Below, piece after piece: positions 28,890 to 37,960 of a DNA stretch of 60,442 bases (position 1 is the first letter of the stretch; each line of letters starts with the position of its first letter). The stretch comes from Acidaminococcales bacterium (GTDB lineage: Bacteria > Bacillota > Negativicutes > Acidaminococcales > JAISLQ01), in assembly GCA_031290885.1 (NCBI GenBank), contig JAISLQ010000012.1, forward strand, positions 1 through 60,442, in the 5' to 3' direction. The translations under genes were made by a program, and so were the position numbers. The notes beneath the pieces are model-generated. The model was not told the DNA's origin. It was given only the letters and a program-made list of their open reading frames with translations, and searched no databases.

Positions 28890-29645
28890 TCACAAAAATT
28901 TGCCCGCTTCGAGCGACCTGCCCCCGGCCGCCGCCAGCGCCAGCTTAAATTCGCCGATGACCGGCGCCTCCATGTATATATGGTTTTTCGGCCCTGACAG
29001 AAAGTCGTCCATAACGTGGGCGTCGGAATTAGTAACGCAAGGCAGGCCGCCGGCGAGCGGAGCATACTTTTGCTTCCGGCCCGCCCGCAACCCGGCGCCG
29101 GACAGTTCAACCGCCGCCAGGCCAAGATCGGCCGGGACAAAGCCAAAATAAGTCAGCAGGCTGTAGGACGGCCGGTCGATATGGGCCGCCACGCATACGC
29201 CGCCCAGCCGGCCAACGCCGGCGACGACCGCGCCGGCGGTCAGGTTGACGGCGGACAGCAGCATCCTTTCTTCTTCGCGGACAAATTCGTCGTTTTCATC
29301 CACCACAAACTGCCCGCCGAATTTTTCCGGACGGTTCTGCAACCCGTTCATGTTCTTGTCCAACAACTCTTGAAAAGCCAGCGTTTTTTTCAAACTGTCG
29401 AAAAGGGCGACTATATGGCCCCCTTCGCGCGTCTCCACCTCCATGCCCGGCCACACGGCGACGCCGTGTTCCTGCCCCAAGCGCACGGCGGGGAGGGCAT
29501 TGGCGCAAACATTGTGGTCAGTTATGGCAATAAGGTTCACGCCGTTTGCCGCCGCTTGCCGCACTATATGGCGCGGCGTCATTTCCACGGCGGCGCAGGG
29601 GGACAAAAGGGTGTGTATGTGCAGGTCGGCCACCCATTTAAACAT
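28890..29645 (-). CDS. PHP-domain protein (putative phosphatase)
   Basis: DLHIHTLLSPC, ITDHN, GMEV..REGGH, AHIDR, SDAH metal ligands. Confidence 0.9.
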   Translation of the reverse strand: MFKWVADLHIHTLLSPCAAVEMTPRHIVRQAAANGVNLIAITDHNVCANALPAVRLGQEHGVAVWPGMEVETREGGHIVALFDSLKKTLAFQELLDKNMNGLQNRPEKFGGQFVVDENDEFVREEERMLLSAVNLTAGAVVAGVGRLGGVCVAAHIDRPSYSLLTYFGFVPADLGLAAVELSGAGLRAGRKQKYAPLAGGLPCVTNSDAHVMDDFLSGPKNHIYMEAPVIGEFKLALAAAGGRSLEAGKFL

Positions 29646-29991
29646 TCCTGGCCGCGCCCCTTAGCCCTTCGGCGTAAAGCCTGCCCGCGACCTCAAACAC
29701 CGGCGCCGCCGTGGCCAAGATGGTAATGTCGTTCTCCCGGGCCTTTTTCAGCGTCTCTTCCTCTACGGCCGCCCCGCCGGCCACGATAACCGCGCCAAGC
29801 GACAAGAGCGAAGCTACGGCGGCGACGTTTTGATGCCCCTGCATCGTTATCCACACGGCGCCCGGCGACGCCTGCCCCATGACGTTGCTCAAAAGGTCGG
29901 ACACATAACAGTTGTCCGCCTCCCGCTCCAGTCCGCCGGCGTCGGTTTTTATCTCCAGCCCAAGTTTTTCGATCAATTCGCCGATTTTCAT
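29638..29991 (-). CDS. DRTGG-domain protein
   Basis: CYVSDLLSNVMG, AVWITMQGHQNVAAVASL; start moved to MKIGEL. Confidence 0.8.
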   Translation of the reverse strand: MKIGELIEKLGLEIKTDAGGLEREADNCYVSDLLSNVMGQASPGAVWITMQGHQNVAAVASLLSLGAVIVAGGAAVEEETLKKARENDITILATAAPVFEVAGRLYAEGLRGAARNV

Positions 29992-29998
29992 TTTTAAC

Positions 29999-31339
29999 CT
30001 ACTCCTCGGTTCCAGTCTCGCCACGCGCGTTTTTTGGCGGCTTGCTCATTTCTTCCTCCAGCGCGTTCACCACCTGGCGCAATTTGAACACGCAGTCGGT
30101 TTCGGCGGCCAGCCCTTGCACTATGTCCTCCGCCAGGCTGGCGCAGGTGGGCGAGCCGCAAGCGCCGCAGTCAATCCCCGGCAGCTCGGCCAGTATTTGC
30201 TTTATCTGCCCAACTTTTTTCATGGCGATGACTATGTTGTCGTCAAGTTTCATGATCGGCCGCGGCTGGATAGTTTTATGCCGAAAAGCAGAATTTCCCT
30301 GCGCGATTTCCCGGCCGCCCAATATGGTTTGCCGCCGCCCGGCCGGTTCACGGTCGCGCAGCCGCCGCACCCTTAGTTTCAGGTTTTTCTCGGCGACAAA
30401 CCTGTTCTCCGGCAAAAGCGCGCCGCCGATGCACCCGCCCGGGCAAGCCAGGCATTCCACATAATCCACGTCGTCCATTTTGTTCATCTCAATCTGCTCC
30501 AGGACGTCGGCGACTTCCTTCACGCCGTGGACAATCAGCGAATTTACCAAACCGGTCGCCCTGATCTCGCCCCCGGCGTAGCCCCAGCCTATGCCATAGG
30601 AACTGGCGCGGGCCTTTGCTATGTCGCTTTCCGATATGGCGCCGATGATTTTCTTCATTTCGCCGTAAAAAGAAGATATGCCGATTGCGCCGCTAAGGTC
30701 GGTCGCGGTAACGTCGACCGGCTGGCGGATGTTGGTGGCTTTCGCCGGGCAAGGGGTCAAAAACCAAACGCCGATCGTCTCCGCGGCCAGCCCGGTCGCG
30801 CGCGTAAATTCCCGGCGCGCTTCGGTCGCCGCCACCTCCACCGGCGGCAATATGGGTATGATGTGCCCGATGAGCGAAGGGAACCTCACTTGGATCAGCC
30901 GGATGATCGCCGGGCAGGCGGAAGAAATCATCGGGGTTTTCAAGCCGGCCCTTCTTTTCATATAAGACTCGATTTCAAGGGTAACGCATTCCGCCGCCAA
31001 GGCCACTTCGTAAACGGCGTCAAACCCCAGCCGGTGCAGCGCGGCGAATATCTTCTCGCGCGAAACCGCGGGCGCAAATTGCGAATAAAGGGCCGGCGCC
31101 GGCAGGGCGACGTTAAAATTGAACTTGCCGACGTCGGCAAGCGTATCCGTGTCCGCCCGCTTGGCGTGGTGGGGGCAGCGCCTGATACATTCCCCGCAGT
31201 CTATGCAGCGCGACTGAATGATCCGCGCCTTGCCGCCCCGGATGCGTATGGCTTCCGTCGGGCAAAACTTTATGCAGGTTACGCAGCCCCTGCATTGCTC
31301 TTTGTCAAATTTCACGGAATGGAAATAATTGTCTTGCAC
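29999..31339 (-). CDS. divergent [FeFe]-hydrogenase-like Fe-S protein (group D / sensory type)
   Basis: Two N-terminal CxxCxxCxxxCP; altered H-cluster motifs ISSACPA, TPCPAKA, ECLACPGGCIGG; C-terminal LPGIDCGACGSPTC FeS domain. Confidence 0.82.
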   Translation of the reverse strand: MQDNYFHSVKFDKEQCRGCVTCIKFCPTEAIRIRGGKARIIQSRCIDCGECIRRCPHHAKRADTDTLADVGKFNFNVALPAPALYSQFAPAVSREKIFAALHRLGFDAVYEVALAAECVTLEIESYMKRRAGLKTPMISSACPAIIRLIQVRFPSLIGHIIPILPPVEVAATEARREFTRATGLAAETIGVWFLTPCPAKATNIRQPVDVTATDLSGAIGISSFYGEMKKIIGAISESDIAKARASSYGIGWGYAGGEIRATGLVNSLIVHGVKEVADVLEQIEMNKMDDVDYVECLACPGGCIGGALLPENRFVAEKNLKLRVRRLRDREPAGRRQTILGGREIAQGNSAFRHKTIQPRPIMKLDDNIVIAMKKVGQIKQILAELPGIDCGACGSPTCASLAEDIVQGLAAETDCVFKLRQVVNALEEEMSKPPKNARGETGTEE

Positions 31340-31359
31340 CTCGGCCTCACCACACAGTT

Positions 31360-31794
31360 TCAGGCTTTTTTATGCGCGAAACGCATTGTTATCTTCGTGC
31401 CCGCGCCGGACTTTGACGCTATCTCAAAGCAATCGGAACAGCTTTTCATGTTGGGCAGCCCCATGCCCGCGCCGAACCCCAAGTCGCGCACATAATCCGG
31501 CGCGGTGGAATAACCCTCCTGCACCGCCAGCTCTATATCGGCGATCCCCGGCCCGGCATCTTCGAGGACAATGACGGTATATTCAGGATAAATGTGCGCC
31601 TTCGCCGTCCCGCCGTAAGAATGGATGATGACGTTCATTTCGCCTTCATAGGTCCCGATCGCCACGCGGCGCACAATGTCGGCGGACACCCCTATCTGCT
31701 GCAAGGTTTTCTTGATTTTGCTGGAAGCCTCGCCGGCGCGCTCAAAGTCGCCGGCCAAAAGTTCAAAGCTCAAATCCATAAAAGGCTCAGACAT
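31360..31794 (-). CDS. anti-sigma-factor-like Ser/Thr kinase (RsbT/RsbW-like)
   Basis: AIGTYEGEMNVIIHS, EDAGPGI, GYSTA, GFGAGMGLPNMK. Confidence 0.9.
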   Translation of the reverse strand: MSEPFMDLSFELLAGDFERAGEASSKIKKTLQQIGVSADIVRRVAIGTYEGEMNVIIHSYGGTAKAHIYPEYTVIVLEDAGPGIADIELAVQEGYSTAPDYVRDLGFGAGMGLPNMKSCSDCFEIASKSGAGTKITMRFAHKKA

Positions 31795-32164
31795 TTAAAA
31801 GCGCTCCCTCGGACCTCGAACAGCCGGGCAGCCCGTTTTGGTACAGGCGGCCGCAGGCCTCGTACATGGTGTGGTCGGTCAAAAGCACCGGTATGTTTTT
31901 TTCCGCGGCCGCCCTCAGCACGTCCTCCCGCGGTATCTTGCCGCGCACAAACACCACCCCGGTAAGATCGCTTATCTCCACCGTCCGTATCACCTGCAGG
32001 TTGGTCATGCCGGTCAAAAGCAGCGTATGCTCTTTGGTAAAGGCCAGAACGTCGCTCAAAAGATCCGCCCCGCAGGCGTTTTTTACTTCCACATCGTCAA
32101 GGATCTCCTCACAGCACAAAACCCGCGCGCCCAGAATTTTCCGCACCTCGCTCAGTTTAAGCAA
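31787..32164 (-). CDS. DRTGG-domain protein
   Basis: ACGADLLSDVLAF, LLLTGMTN, VVFVRGK, MYEACGRLY. Confidence 0.82.
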   Translation of the reverse strand: MLKLSEVRKILGARVLCCEEILDDVEVKNACGADLLSDVLAFTKEHTLLLTGMTNLQVIRTVEISDLTGVVFVRGKIPREDVLRAAAEKNIPVLLTDHTMYEACGRLYQNGLPGCSRSEGALLNV

Positions 32165-32170
32165 AATATG

Positions 32171-33400
32171 CTACCTCCCCCATCTTCTTTGTTCTATTAA
32201 AACCCCGCTTTGGCCGGCCTGCCGCCACAAGGCAAAAGATGCCGCGCTCAAAAGCCAAAAAAGCGAAGAAATTTCCCTGTTAAACAGCGTATGGTCGGCA
32301 AAGCCGCCGAGGAGCGTCGCAAAAAACATCGCGCAAAGGCCGAGCGCGCAAGCTTTTTCCCCGGCCGAAGCGGCCGTTTTCCAAACGCGCAGGGCCAGAT
32401 AAAAATGCCAAAACAGCAAGAGCAAAAAAACCGCCAGCCCCAAAAGGCCGATTTCCGCAGCTATGTGCAAATACATGTTGTGCGCGTGGTAGATGATGGT
32501 ATCGTGGTTTTTGATATAAAAATCGTATTTGGGATAAACAAATCTGTAAGCGCCCCAGCCGATGCCCGTAAAAGGATGGTCGCGAACCATGGCGGCCGTG
32601 CTTTCCCATAAAGCGAACCGCAGGAGCGAGGATGTGTCGGCGCCCTGAAAAGCGGAAACGAACCGCTCGGCAACCGCGTTAGGCAGGAAAACAAGCGGCG
32701 CGAGCGCCGCCGGCAAAACAATATAGAGCAACCTGCGCTCAAAGGCGGCCGCCGCAATCAGCATCGCCGCCGCGCTAAGCCAAGCCCCGCGGGAAAAGGT
32801 GAGGACGAGGCAAGCAAAACTCGTCAGCAGCACAAGCGCCGCTCCGGCCCTTGCGGGCAGCCGCGCGTCGGCGAAAACCCATCCTATGCACAAAGCCATT
32901 GCCGTAACGAGAAAAGACGCCAGGATATTGGGGTTGGCCAAGGTGGAAAACGCCCGCGCCCTGATGTCCGGGAAATAAGCCGCGTCCACCCATTCGGCGG
33001 CGGCGGCTCCGCCGCCGAAATATTGATATATTCCGTAAGAGGCCGTCAAAAAGGCCGCCGCCCCCAAGGCGAGAAACAGGCCGTAAAGCTCCCGGCGCGT
33101 CCTGACATAAGAAATGGCCAGCCAATAAATGAAAAAATACTGCGTGGCCAGTGCCTCAAAGTTGTACAAGCTCTCGGCGTAGCGGGGCGAATTGGGCAAG
33201 GAAGCGGCCGCTAGGGCGAAAAACAAAACCAACAGCCAAAACTGGCGGGGCACGGCCAGTTTGAGCCGGCCGGCGGCGACGCTGTCCGCCGCCGCAAAAA
33301 TGCCGGCGGCGGCCAAGGCGCGGACGGCCGCCCCCGGCAGAAGCGGCAAAAAAAACGCCGCCGCCGCAAGGCACAAGTATATGATCTTCCCCAGCAACAT
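32171..33400 (-). CDS. O-antigen ligase / IctB-like polytopic membrane protein
   Basis: RAFSTLANPNILASFL, LTFSRGAW, DHPFTGIG, HAHNMYL. Confidence 0.85.
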   Translation of the reverse strand: MLLGKIIYLCLAAAAFFLPLLPGAAVRALAAAGIFAAADSVAAGRLKLAVPRQFWLLVLFFALAAASLPNSPRYAESLYNFEALATQYFFIYWLAISYVRTRRELYGLFLALGAAAFLTASYGIYQYFGGGAAAAEWVDAAYFPDIRARAFSTLANPNILASFLVTAMALCIGWVFADARLPARAGAALVLLTSFACLVLTFSRGAWLSAAAMLIAAAAFERRLLYIVLPAALAPLVFLPNAVAERFVSAFQGADTSSLLRFALWESTAAMVRDHPFTGIGWGAYRFVYPKYDFYIKNHDTIIYHAHNMYLHIAAEIGLLGLAVFLLLLFWHFYLALRVWKTAASAGEKACALGLCAMFFATLLGGFADHTLFNREISSLFWLLSAASFALWRQAGQSGVLIEQRRWGR

Positions 33401-33453
33401 TCAATAATCCTGCCCGCAGCTTTCGCCTGCCAAAAATACGCCGCTTTTTAAGT

Positions 33454-33462
33454 ATTATACCA
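33454..33462 (-). promoter_or_regulatory. extended -10 promoter upstream of the O-antigen-ligase-like gene
   Basis: Minus strand TG-G-TATAAT, about 55 nt before the ATG. Confidence 0.55.
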
Positions 33463-33527
33463 CAAGGGCGGCAAATCAGCCCGCGAATCTTGTTCGCGTT
33501 TCAACCGGGGAACACGGGGCGCAATCG

Positions 33528-35225
33528 TCAAGCCATTTTAAATTTTTGCACGGCAACCCGCATTGCTTCGGCCAAATCCGCCAGTTGCCTGATGGTAGTG
33601 GAAATCTCCTCCATATTGGCCGATTGCTCTTCCGTGAGTGCGCTGATGTCGTTCGTGCCGCCGACGTTTTTGCCGGACAACTCCTTCAAAAGGTCTATTT
33701 CGCTTAACACGCGCTTGTTGTTTTCGGTCAATTGCCCCGCTTTTTGTTTGACTTGCGCTATTTCCTGTTTGAGTGTCCCGACTAACTTTGCTATATTGAC
33801 GAAACGATCCTTGGTGTTGGCGATCACGACGTTGCCTTTGGCTACCTCGTCGGAACCGCTTGCCATCGCGTTTATGGCGTTTTGCGTTTCGGCCTGGATT
33901 TGGTTGATAATGTCGGATGTTTCCTGCGTGGCGGACGACACCTGTTCGGCCAGTTTCCGCACTTCTTCGGCGACAACGGCGAACCCTCGCCCGTGCTCGC
34001 CCGCCCGCGCGGCCTCAATCGCCGCGTTGAGCGCCAAAAGATTGGTCTGGTTCGCGATGCTGCTGATGACGTTTATGATGTCGCCGACTTTTTTGGAACT
34101 GCCGTCAAGCACGCTGACGCGGTCCGAGGATTTTTCCATGGCCAGATTTATCTGCCGCATCTGCTTTTCCGCCTCATCCAGAGCCCCGCGCCCGGAAGCG
34201 GCCGCCTGATCGCTCTCTGTCGATATGTTTCCAATATTGTCTATGGTCGCCATTATCGAGGAAATAGCCGAATTCATATTCGTTGCCTCGGCCGTCGCTT
34301 GATCGTAAAGCGCGGCTTCTTTTGCTTGCATTTGCGCCATATTGTCCGCCAGGGACGCTATGTTGTGCGCGGACTCGGCCGCGTGCCCGGCATTGGCGTC
34401 CACTTCCCGGCAAGACTCGGCGAGGTTGCCCGCTAACTCCATGAAGTCGGTTATTGTCCCGCGCAGGTTTTTCACCATGTTTTCAAACGACCGGGCCAGA
34501 TCGCCCATTTCATCGTTTCCGGCATATTTTATCGTATAGCCGGTAAGGTCGTTGTGCGCTATGGTATCGGCGATGCTTACCGCCTGGCCGATAGGCCGCG
34601 TGAGCCTTTTTACAAAAACGGCGGTAATTATAAGGGCCAGCAGTATTACCAAAATCATGTCAAACATTATGTAATTAAGCGCCTGGTTGGTATTTTCATT
34701 GGCCTGGCGGGTACGCAGAGCCATGCGGTCAAGCAAAAACTGCGCGTAATCCTCGACCTGTTTTTCCGTCGCGGCGTACGCCGCGAGCATCTGCTGGCGC
34801 AACGCGGGCGGTATGCCCGCGCCGCTGCCGGCCGCCCGTATATATTCGCCATGCAGGCTGCGATAAGCCTTGAGCTGCTTTTCCAAGTCAATGCACATTT
34901 GCTTGCCTTCCGGCGTGATCAGCCGTTTGGACAAGGAAGCCATGAGTTTTTCGCTTTTTCCCACCGACTCTTCATAGGCTTTTATAAAATCAGGATTTTT
35001 ATACAAAGCGTACCTTGCCAGCAGCATGTCCTGCTCGCGCAACTCCTGCCGCAGGTCTTTGGACTCGAATACCAAAGGGGCGCTGCGGTTCACTACCCCG
35101 CTGAAAATGCTTATGGCCTTGTCGGCCGAATACGAGTAAGCGTTTATCAACGCGAAAGATATGGCTAAATAGCATAACAAGTTTGTCAGGATAATTTTTT
35201 TGTACAGGCTGAAATGAAATTTCAA
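33528..35225 (-). CDS. methyl-accepting chemotaxis protein (four-helix sensor, HAMP)
   Basis: Two TM helices, HAMP ([10 protein letters not shown]), signalling core [38 protein letters not shown]. Confidence 0.95.
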   Translation of the reverse strand: MKFHFSLYKKIILTNLLCYLAISFALINAYSYSADKAISIFSGVVNRSAPLVFESKDLRQELREQDMLLARYALYKNPDFIKAYEESVGKSEKLMASLSKRLITPEGKQMCIDLEKQLKAYRSLHGEYIRAAGSGAGIPPALRQQMLAAYAATEKQVEDYAQFLLDRMALRTRQANENTNQALNYIMFDMILVILLALIITAVFVKRLTRPIGQAVSIADTIAHNDLTGYTIKYAGNDEMGDLARSFENMVKNLRGTITDFMELAGNLAESCREVDANAGHAAESAHNIASLADNMAQMQAKEAALYDQATAEATNMNSAISSIMATIDNIGNISTESDQAAASGRGALDEAEKQMRQINLAMEKSSDRVSVLDGSSKKVGDIINVISSIANQTNLLALNAAIEAARAGEHGRGFAVVAEEVRKLAEQVSSATQETSDIINQIQAETQNAINAMASGSDEVAKGNVVIANTKDRFVNIAKLVGTLKQEIAQVKQKAGQLTENNKRVLSEIDLLKELSGKNVGGTNDISALTEEQSANMEEISTTIRQLADLAEAMRVAVQKFKMA

Positions 35226-35558
35226 GATAAACCCTCCATAAATTAAATTAATTGCGACATATCAGCGCATCGATGCCCACAGTTAGCGCTGCCACGCTTT
35301 TCGGCGCGGCGAGGAAAATTTTGCTTAAAATTTTACGGGGGTTTTTCGGCTGCGCGGGGGGCCTTCCGGCAAGCGCTTGCGGACGCTGCCGCGAGAGATT
35401 CCCTCAAGGCGCAGCGCTATCGGCTTTTGCCGCCAAAGGCGCAAACGCGCCGCCGGCGCCCTCGCAAGAGCCGGAAATTTGCCGCCCGCCCTCGAGGGCG
35501 GGCTTTCCCAATCAGGGATTAATGGTCCATGTTCGCCGAAATAAGGACGGCTCGGCGC

Positions 35559-36428
35559 TCAATCGTCCGCCGCGTACCCGAGCGCCTCGCCCGTCGCCGC
35601 GTCAATCAAGACGTCATATTCCAAACCTTCGTATTGGACTTCGACTTTGTAAACCAGCCGCCTCGCATAGAGCTCAAGCTCCATCTTTTTCACGTAACCG
35701 CCGCCGATCCGGGCAACGGCGATTTCCGCCGCTTTCTCATAGTTTATGATGGTGATTTTCCCCGCTTTTTCATGGGCCGCGTCCGTGCCCGGCACTCCTT
35801 TTTCGTACCGCGGCGGCCCCTGCCCGCTCGTGCGGCCGGGCCAAAAGCCGGCTACATCTCCGGTCACGGCGTTCACGCACACTTCATATTCAACGCCGCC
35901 GCGCCTTATTTCTATCTCGTAAACCAAAAGGCCGCGCTCATAATCAAGTTCAATCTCTTCAACGGCGCCGCCGCCCGTCTTGTCCAGCGCTATTTCCCGC
36001 GCTTTTTCATAAGAAACCTTCGCTTCGGACAGGTAACTGGCCTGCGCCCGCGCGGCCGCGTCCGCCGCCGTTTCCCCCCGCGGAGCGCTCAACGGCGCCG
36101 CCGCGCCGTAGCCATAATAAACGCGCGCCTCTTCCCCGTCAAGCTCCCTGGCATATTCGCGCCCGATTTCCTTTCCGTCGGCGGCGTCAAAATACGCAAC
36201 CACTTTTTTCCCGCCGGCCACCATGTCGGCTTTGTAAGCAAGCTTGCCGCCGCGCAGGGTTAGCTCCAACTCCAGCAACGCATCGCAGTTTTTTTCAATG
36301 CCGGCCGCCATAGCCGCAAACCCGACAGTCGGCGGCGCCGGCTTGGCGGCAGTTGCCGGCCCCGCAGCCGCCAAGCCGGGCAAAAACGCCAGCAAGCAAA
36401 TGCCGGCGGCGGCAATTTTCTTTTTCAC
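35559..36428 (-). CDS. secreted protein with three PepSY domains
   Basis: Signal peptide; repeats such as VSYEKAREIAL..VYEIEI..VNAVTG and INYEKAAEIAV..VYKVEV..IDAATG. Confidence 0.85.
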   Translation of the reverse strand: MKKKIAAAGICLLAFLPGLAAAGPATAAKPAPPTVGFAAMAAGIEKNCDALLELELTLRGGKLAYKADMVAGGKKVVAYFDAADGKEIGREYARELDGEEARVYYGYGAAAPLSAPRGETAADAAARAQASYLSEAKVSYEKAREIALDKTGGGAVEEIELDYERGLLVYEIEIRRGGVEYEVCVNAVTGDVAGFWPGRTSGQGPPRYEKGVPGTDAAHEKAGKITIINYEKAAEIAVARIGGGYVKKMELELYARRLVYKVEVQYEGLEYDVLIDAATGEALGYAADD

Positions 36429-36730
36429 GGCAAATCACTCCTTTGTTATGAACGCTCCCATTATTGACATATAATATTTCGCGGCAACCTTCCTTTGCCT
36501 TGCAAAAGGCCCCGCAAAGCGGCAAACACTTTGCATCCGTTAAAACTGCGGCGGCCGGCCGGGTTTGCTGAACGGCCGCTGCGCGAAACTTTCGGGGGGG
36601 GCGAAACCGCCCTCCGGTCAACGCGAACCCGCTCCAAAACTAAGGGGCCGCCCCGGGTTTGGGGAAAATCATGGCTTCAGGCGGCGCTTTTTCCATGCGC
36701 GCGGCATAAGTTCGGCATGAAAATAAACTC

Positions 36731-36776
36731 TTGCCAAACAGCCCTTGCGGGTGTACAATATAGTCAAAAGGTCAAA
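36731..36776 (+). promoter_or_regulatory. near-consensus promoter with tandem RGTCAAA heptads
   Basis: TTGCCA (36731) - 17 nt - TACAAT (36754); AGTCAAA (36762) and GGTCAAA (36770). Confidence 0.55.
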
Positions 36777-36797
36777 AAGGCAAAAGAGCAAAACACG

Positions 36798-37862
36798 TTA
36801 CCGCAGAAACACGGCGTAAACATTCAGCAAGGCGATCAAAGACAGCAAGGCGACGGCGGCCATTTCCAGGAACTCCGAGCGGCGGGTCAGCGCTTCCTCG
36901 TTGAGCATGTTATAAGTGCGCTGAATGACGGAGATGTTGGAATCAATGCTCTGGCGCCAGGAGTCGGCGCGCAGGAGCCGTATGTAAAGGGAATAGACGC
37001 GCGCGTAAAAAACGTCTTCGGTAACGCGCAGGGAATTGTTGATGCGGTCGGTGAGGCCGGCCACATCCGCCACCAATTCCATCAGCCGGCTGCGGATGCG
37101 CCGGTAGTTGCGCAGGCGCTGCCGATCCGGTATGGACGTCATTTTTTCCAATTCCGTATACATTGTGCCTATTTCTTTTTCCAGCAAGTCGTCATAATAG
37201 CGCAGTTCCAGAAATTGCGCGTTGGCGAACTCCAAGAGGTCGGGTATGTCCATGCTGCCCGAAGGGTCGCAAACCAAAGCCGCGTCCCACGTGAAATAGG
37301 CGACGTCCTCGGCGTAAGACAGGCAGTTGGCGAGCGTCTCCTCCCTTGTCTGCTTGCTGGCGGGCACCCGGTCTTTCAAAAGCAGTTGCACTATGTCCCA
37401 GTCTTTCCTGCACTCGTACAAGTAATAAACGACGAGGTCTTCCTCAAACTCCGGCTCGCGCGGCTTGATGAGCGCGTGCGCGATGGTGTCGGCGACCGAT
37501 TTGGCCAATTCGTGTATTTTGTCCTCGGGGATGTTTTCGCTGGCGATCGCCAAATCCAGAAAATCGTCGTATGTCGCCTCTCCCGGCAGATCGACGCGGA
37601 CGATTATGCTGATGACGCCGATGTCGTATATGCGGGCGCGTATCTCCGCCAAGCGAGGCCTCCCGCCGAGCATGATCTCGTGCGAACCCAGTTCCACGGA
37701 AACCGGCGGGTCTTTGAAGGCGATGGCCTTGGGGGAAACCCTTTCCAGCCGCAGCCGGGAAGCGATCTTGTTCCGGGCGGCCCACAGGGCCTGGACATGA
37801 TCAAGGTCTATTTCGTCGGCTATGTCAAAAAGCCGGTAAATGATGACGCTGCTGCTATGCAT
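36798..37862 (-). CDS. conserved hypothetical protein, Rmd1/YagE (DUF155)-like, with a C-terminal TM helix
   Basis: YRLFDIADEIDL, YDIGVISI, LELRYYD, EFLEMAAVALL; host-like codon usage. Confidence 0.6.
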   Translation of the reverse strand: MHSSSVIIYRLFDIADEIDLDHVQALWAARNKIASRLRLERVSPKAIAFKDPPVSVELGSHEIMLGGRPRLAEIRARIYDIGVISIIVRVDLPGEATYDDFLDLAIASENIPEDKIHELAKSVADTIAHALIKPREPEFEEDLVVYYLYECRKDWDIVQLLLKDRVPASKQTREETLANCLSYAEDVAYFTWDAALVCDPSGSMDIPDLLEFANAQFLELRYYDDLLEKEIGTMYTELEKMTSIPDRQRLRNYRRIRSRLMELVADVAGLTDRINNSLRVTEDVFYARVYSLYIRLLRADSWRQSIDSNISVIQRTYNMLNEEALTRRSEFLEMAAVALLSLIALLNVYAVFLR

Positions 37863-37960
37863 GGCGTAAACGGCCTCCGCAAATTGTCATATAGGAACAA
37901 TTCTACAGGCAAATGAAAAACCCTGCGGGGCGAAAAAATATTCGACAAGGGGATGCTTGA

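Noticed and set aside
36495-37916. 473-aa plus-strand ORF near the 36731 promoter
   Set aside because: Starts upstream of the promoter, has no RBS and mirrors the Rmd1-like gene; any transcript here is more likely non-coding
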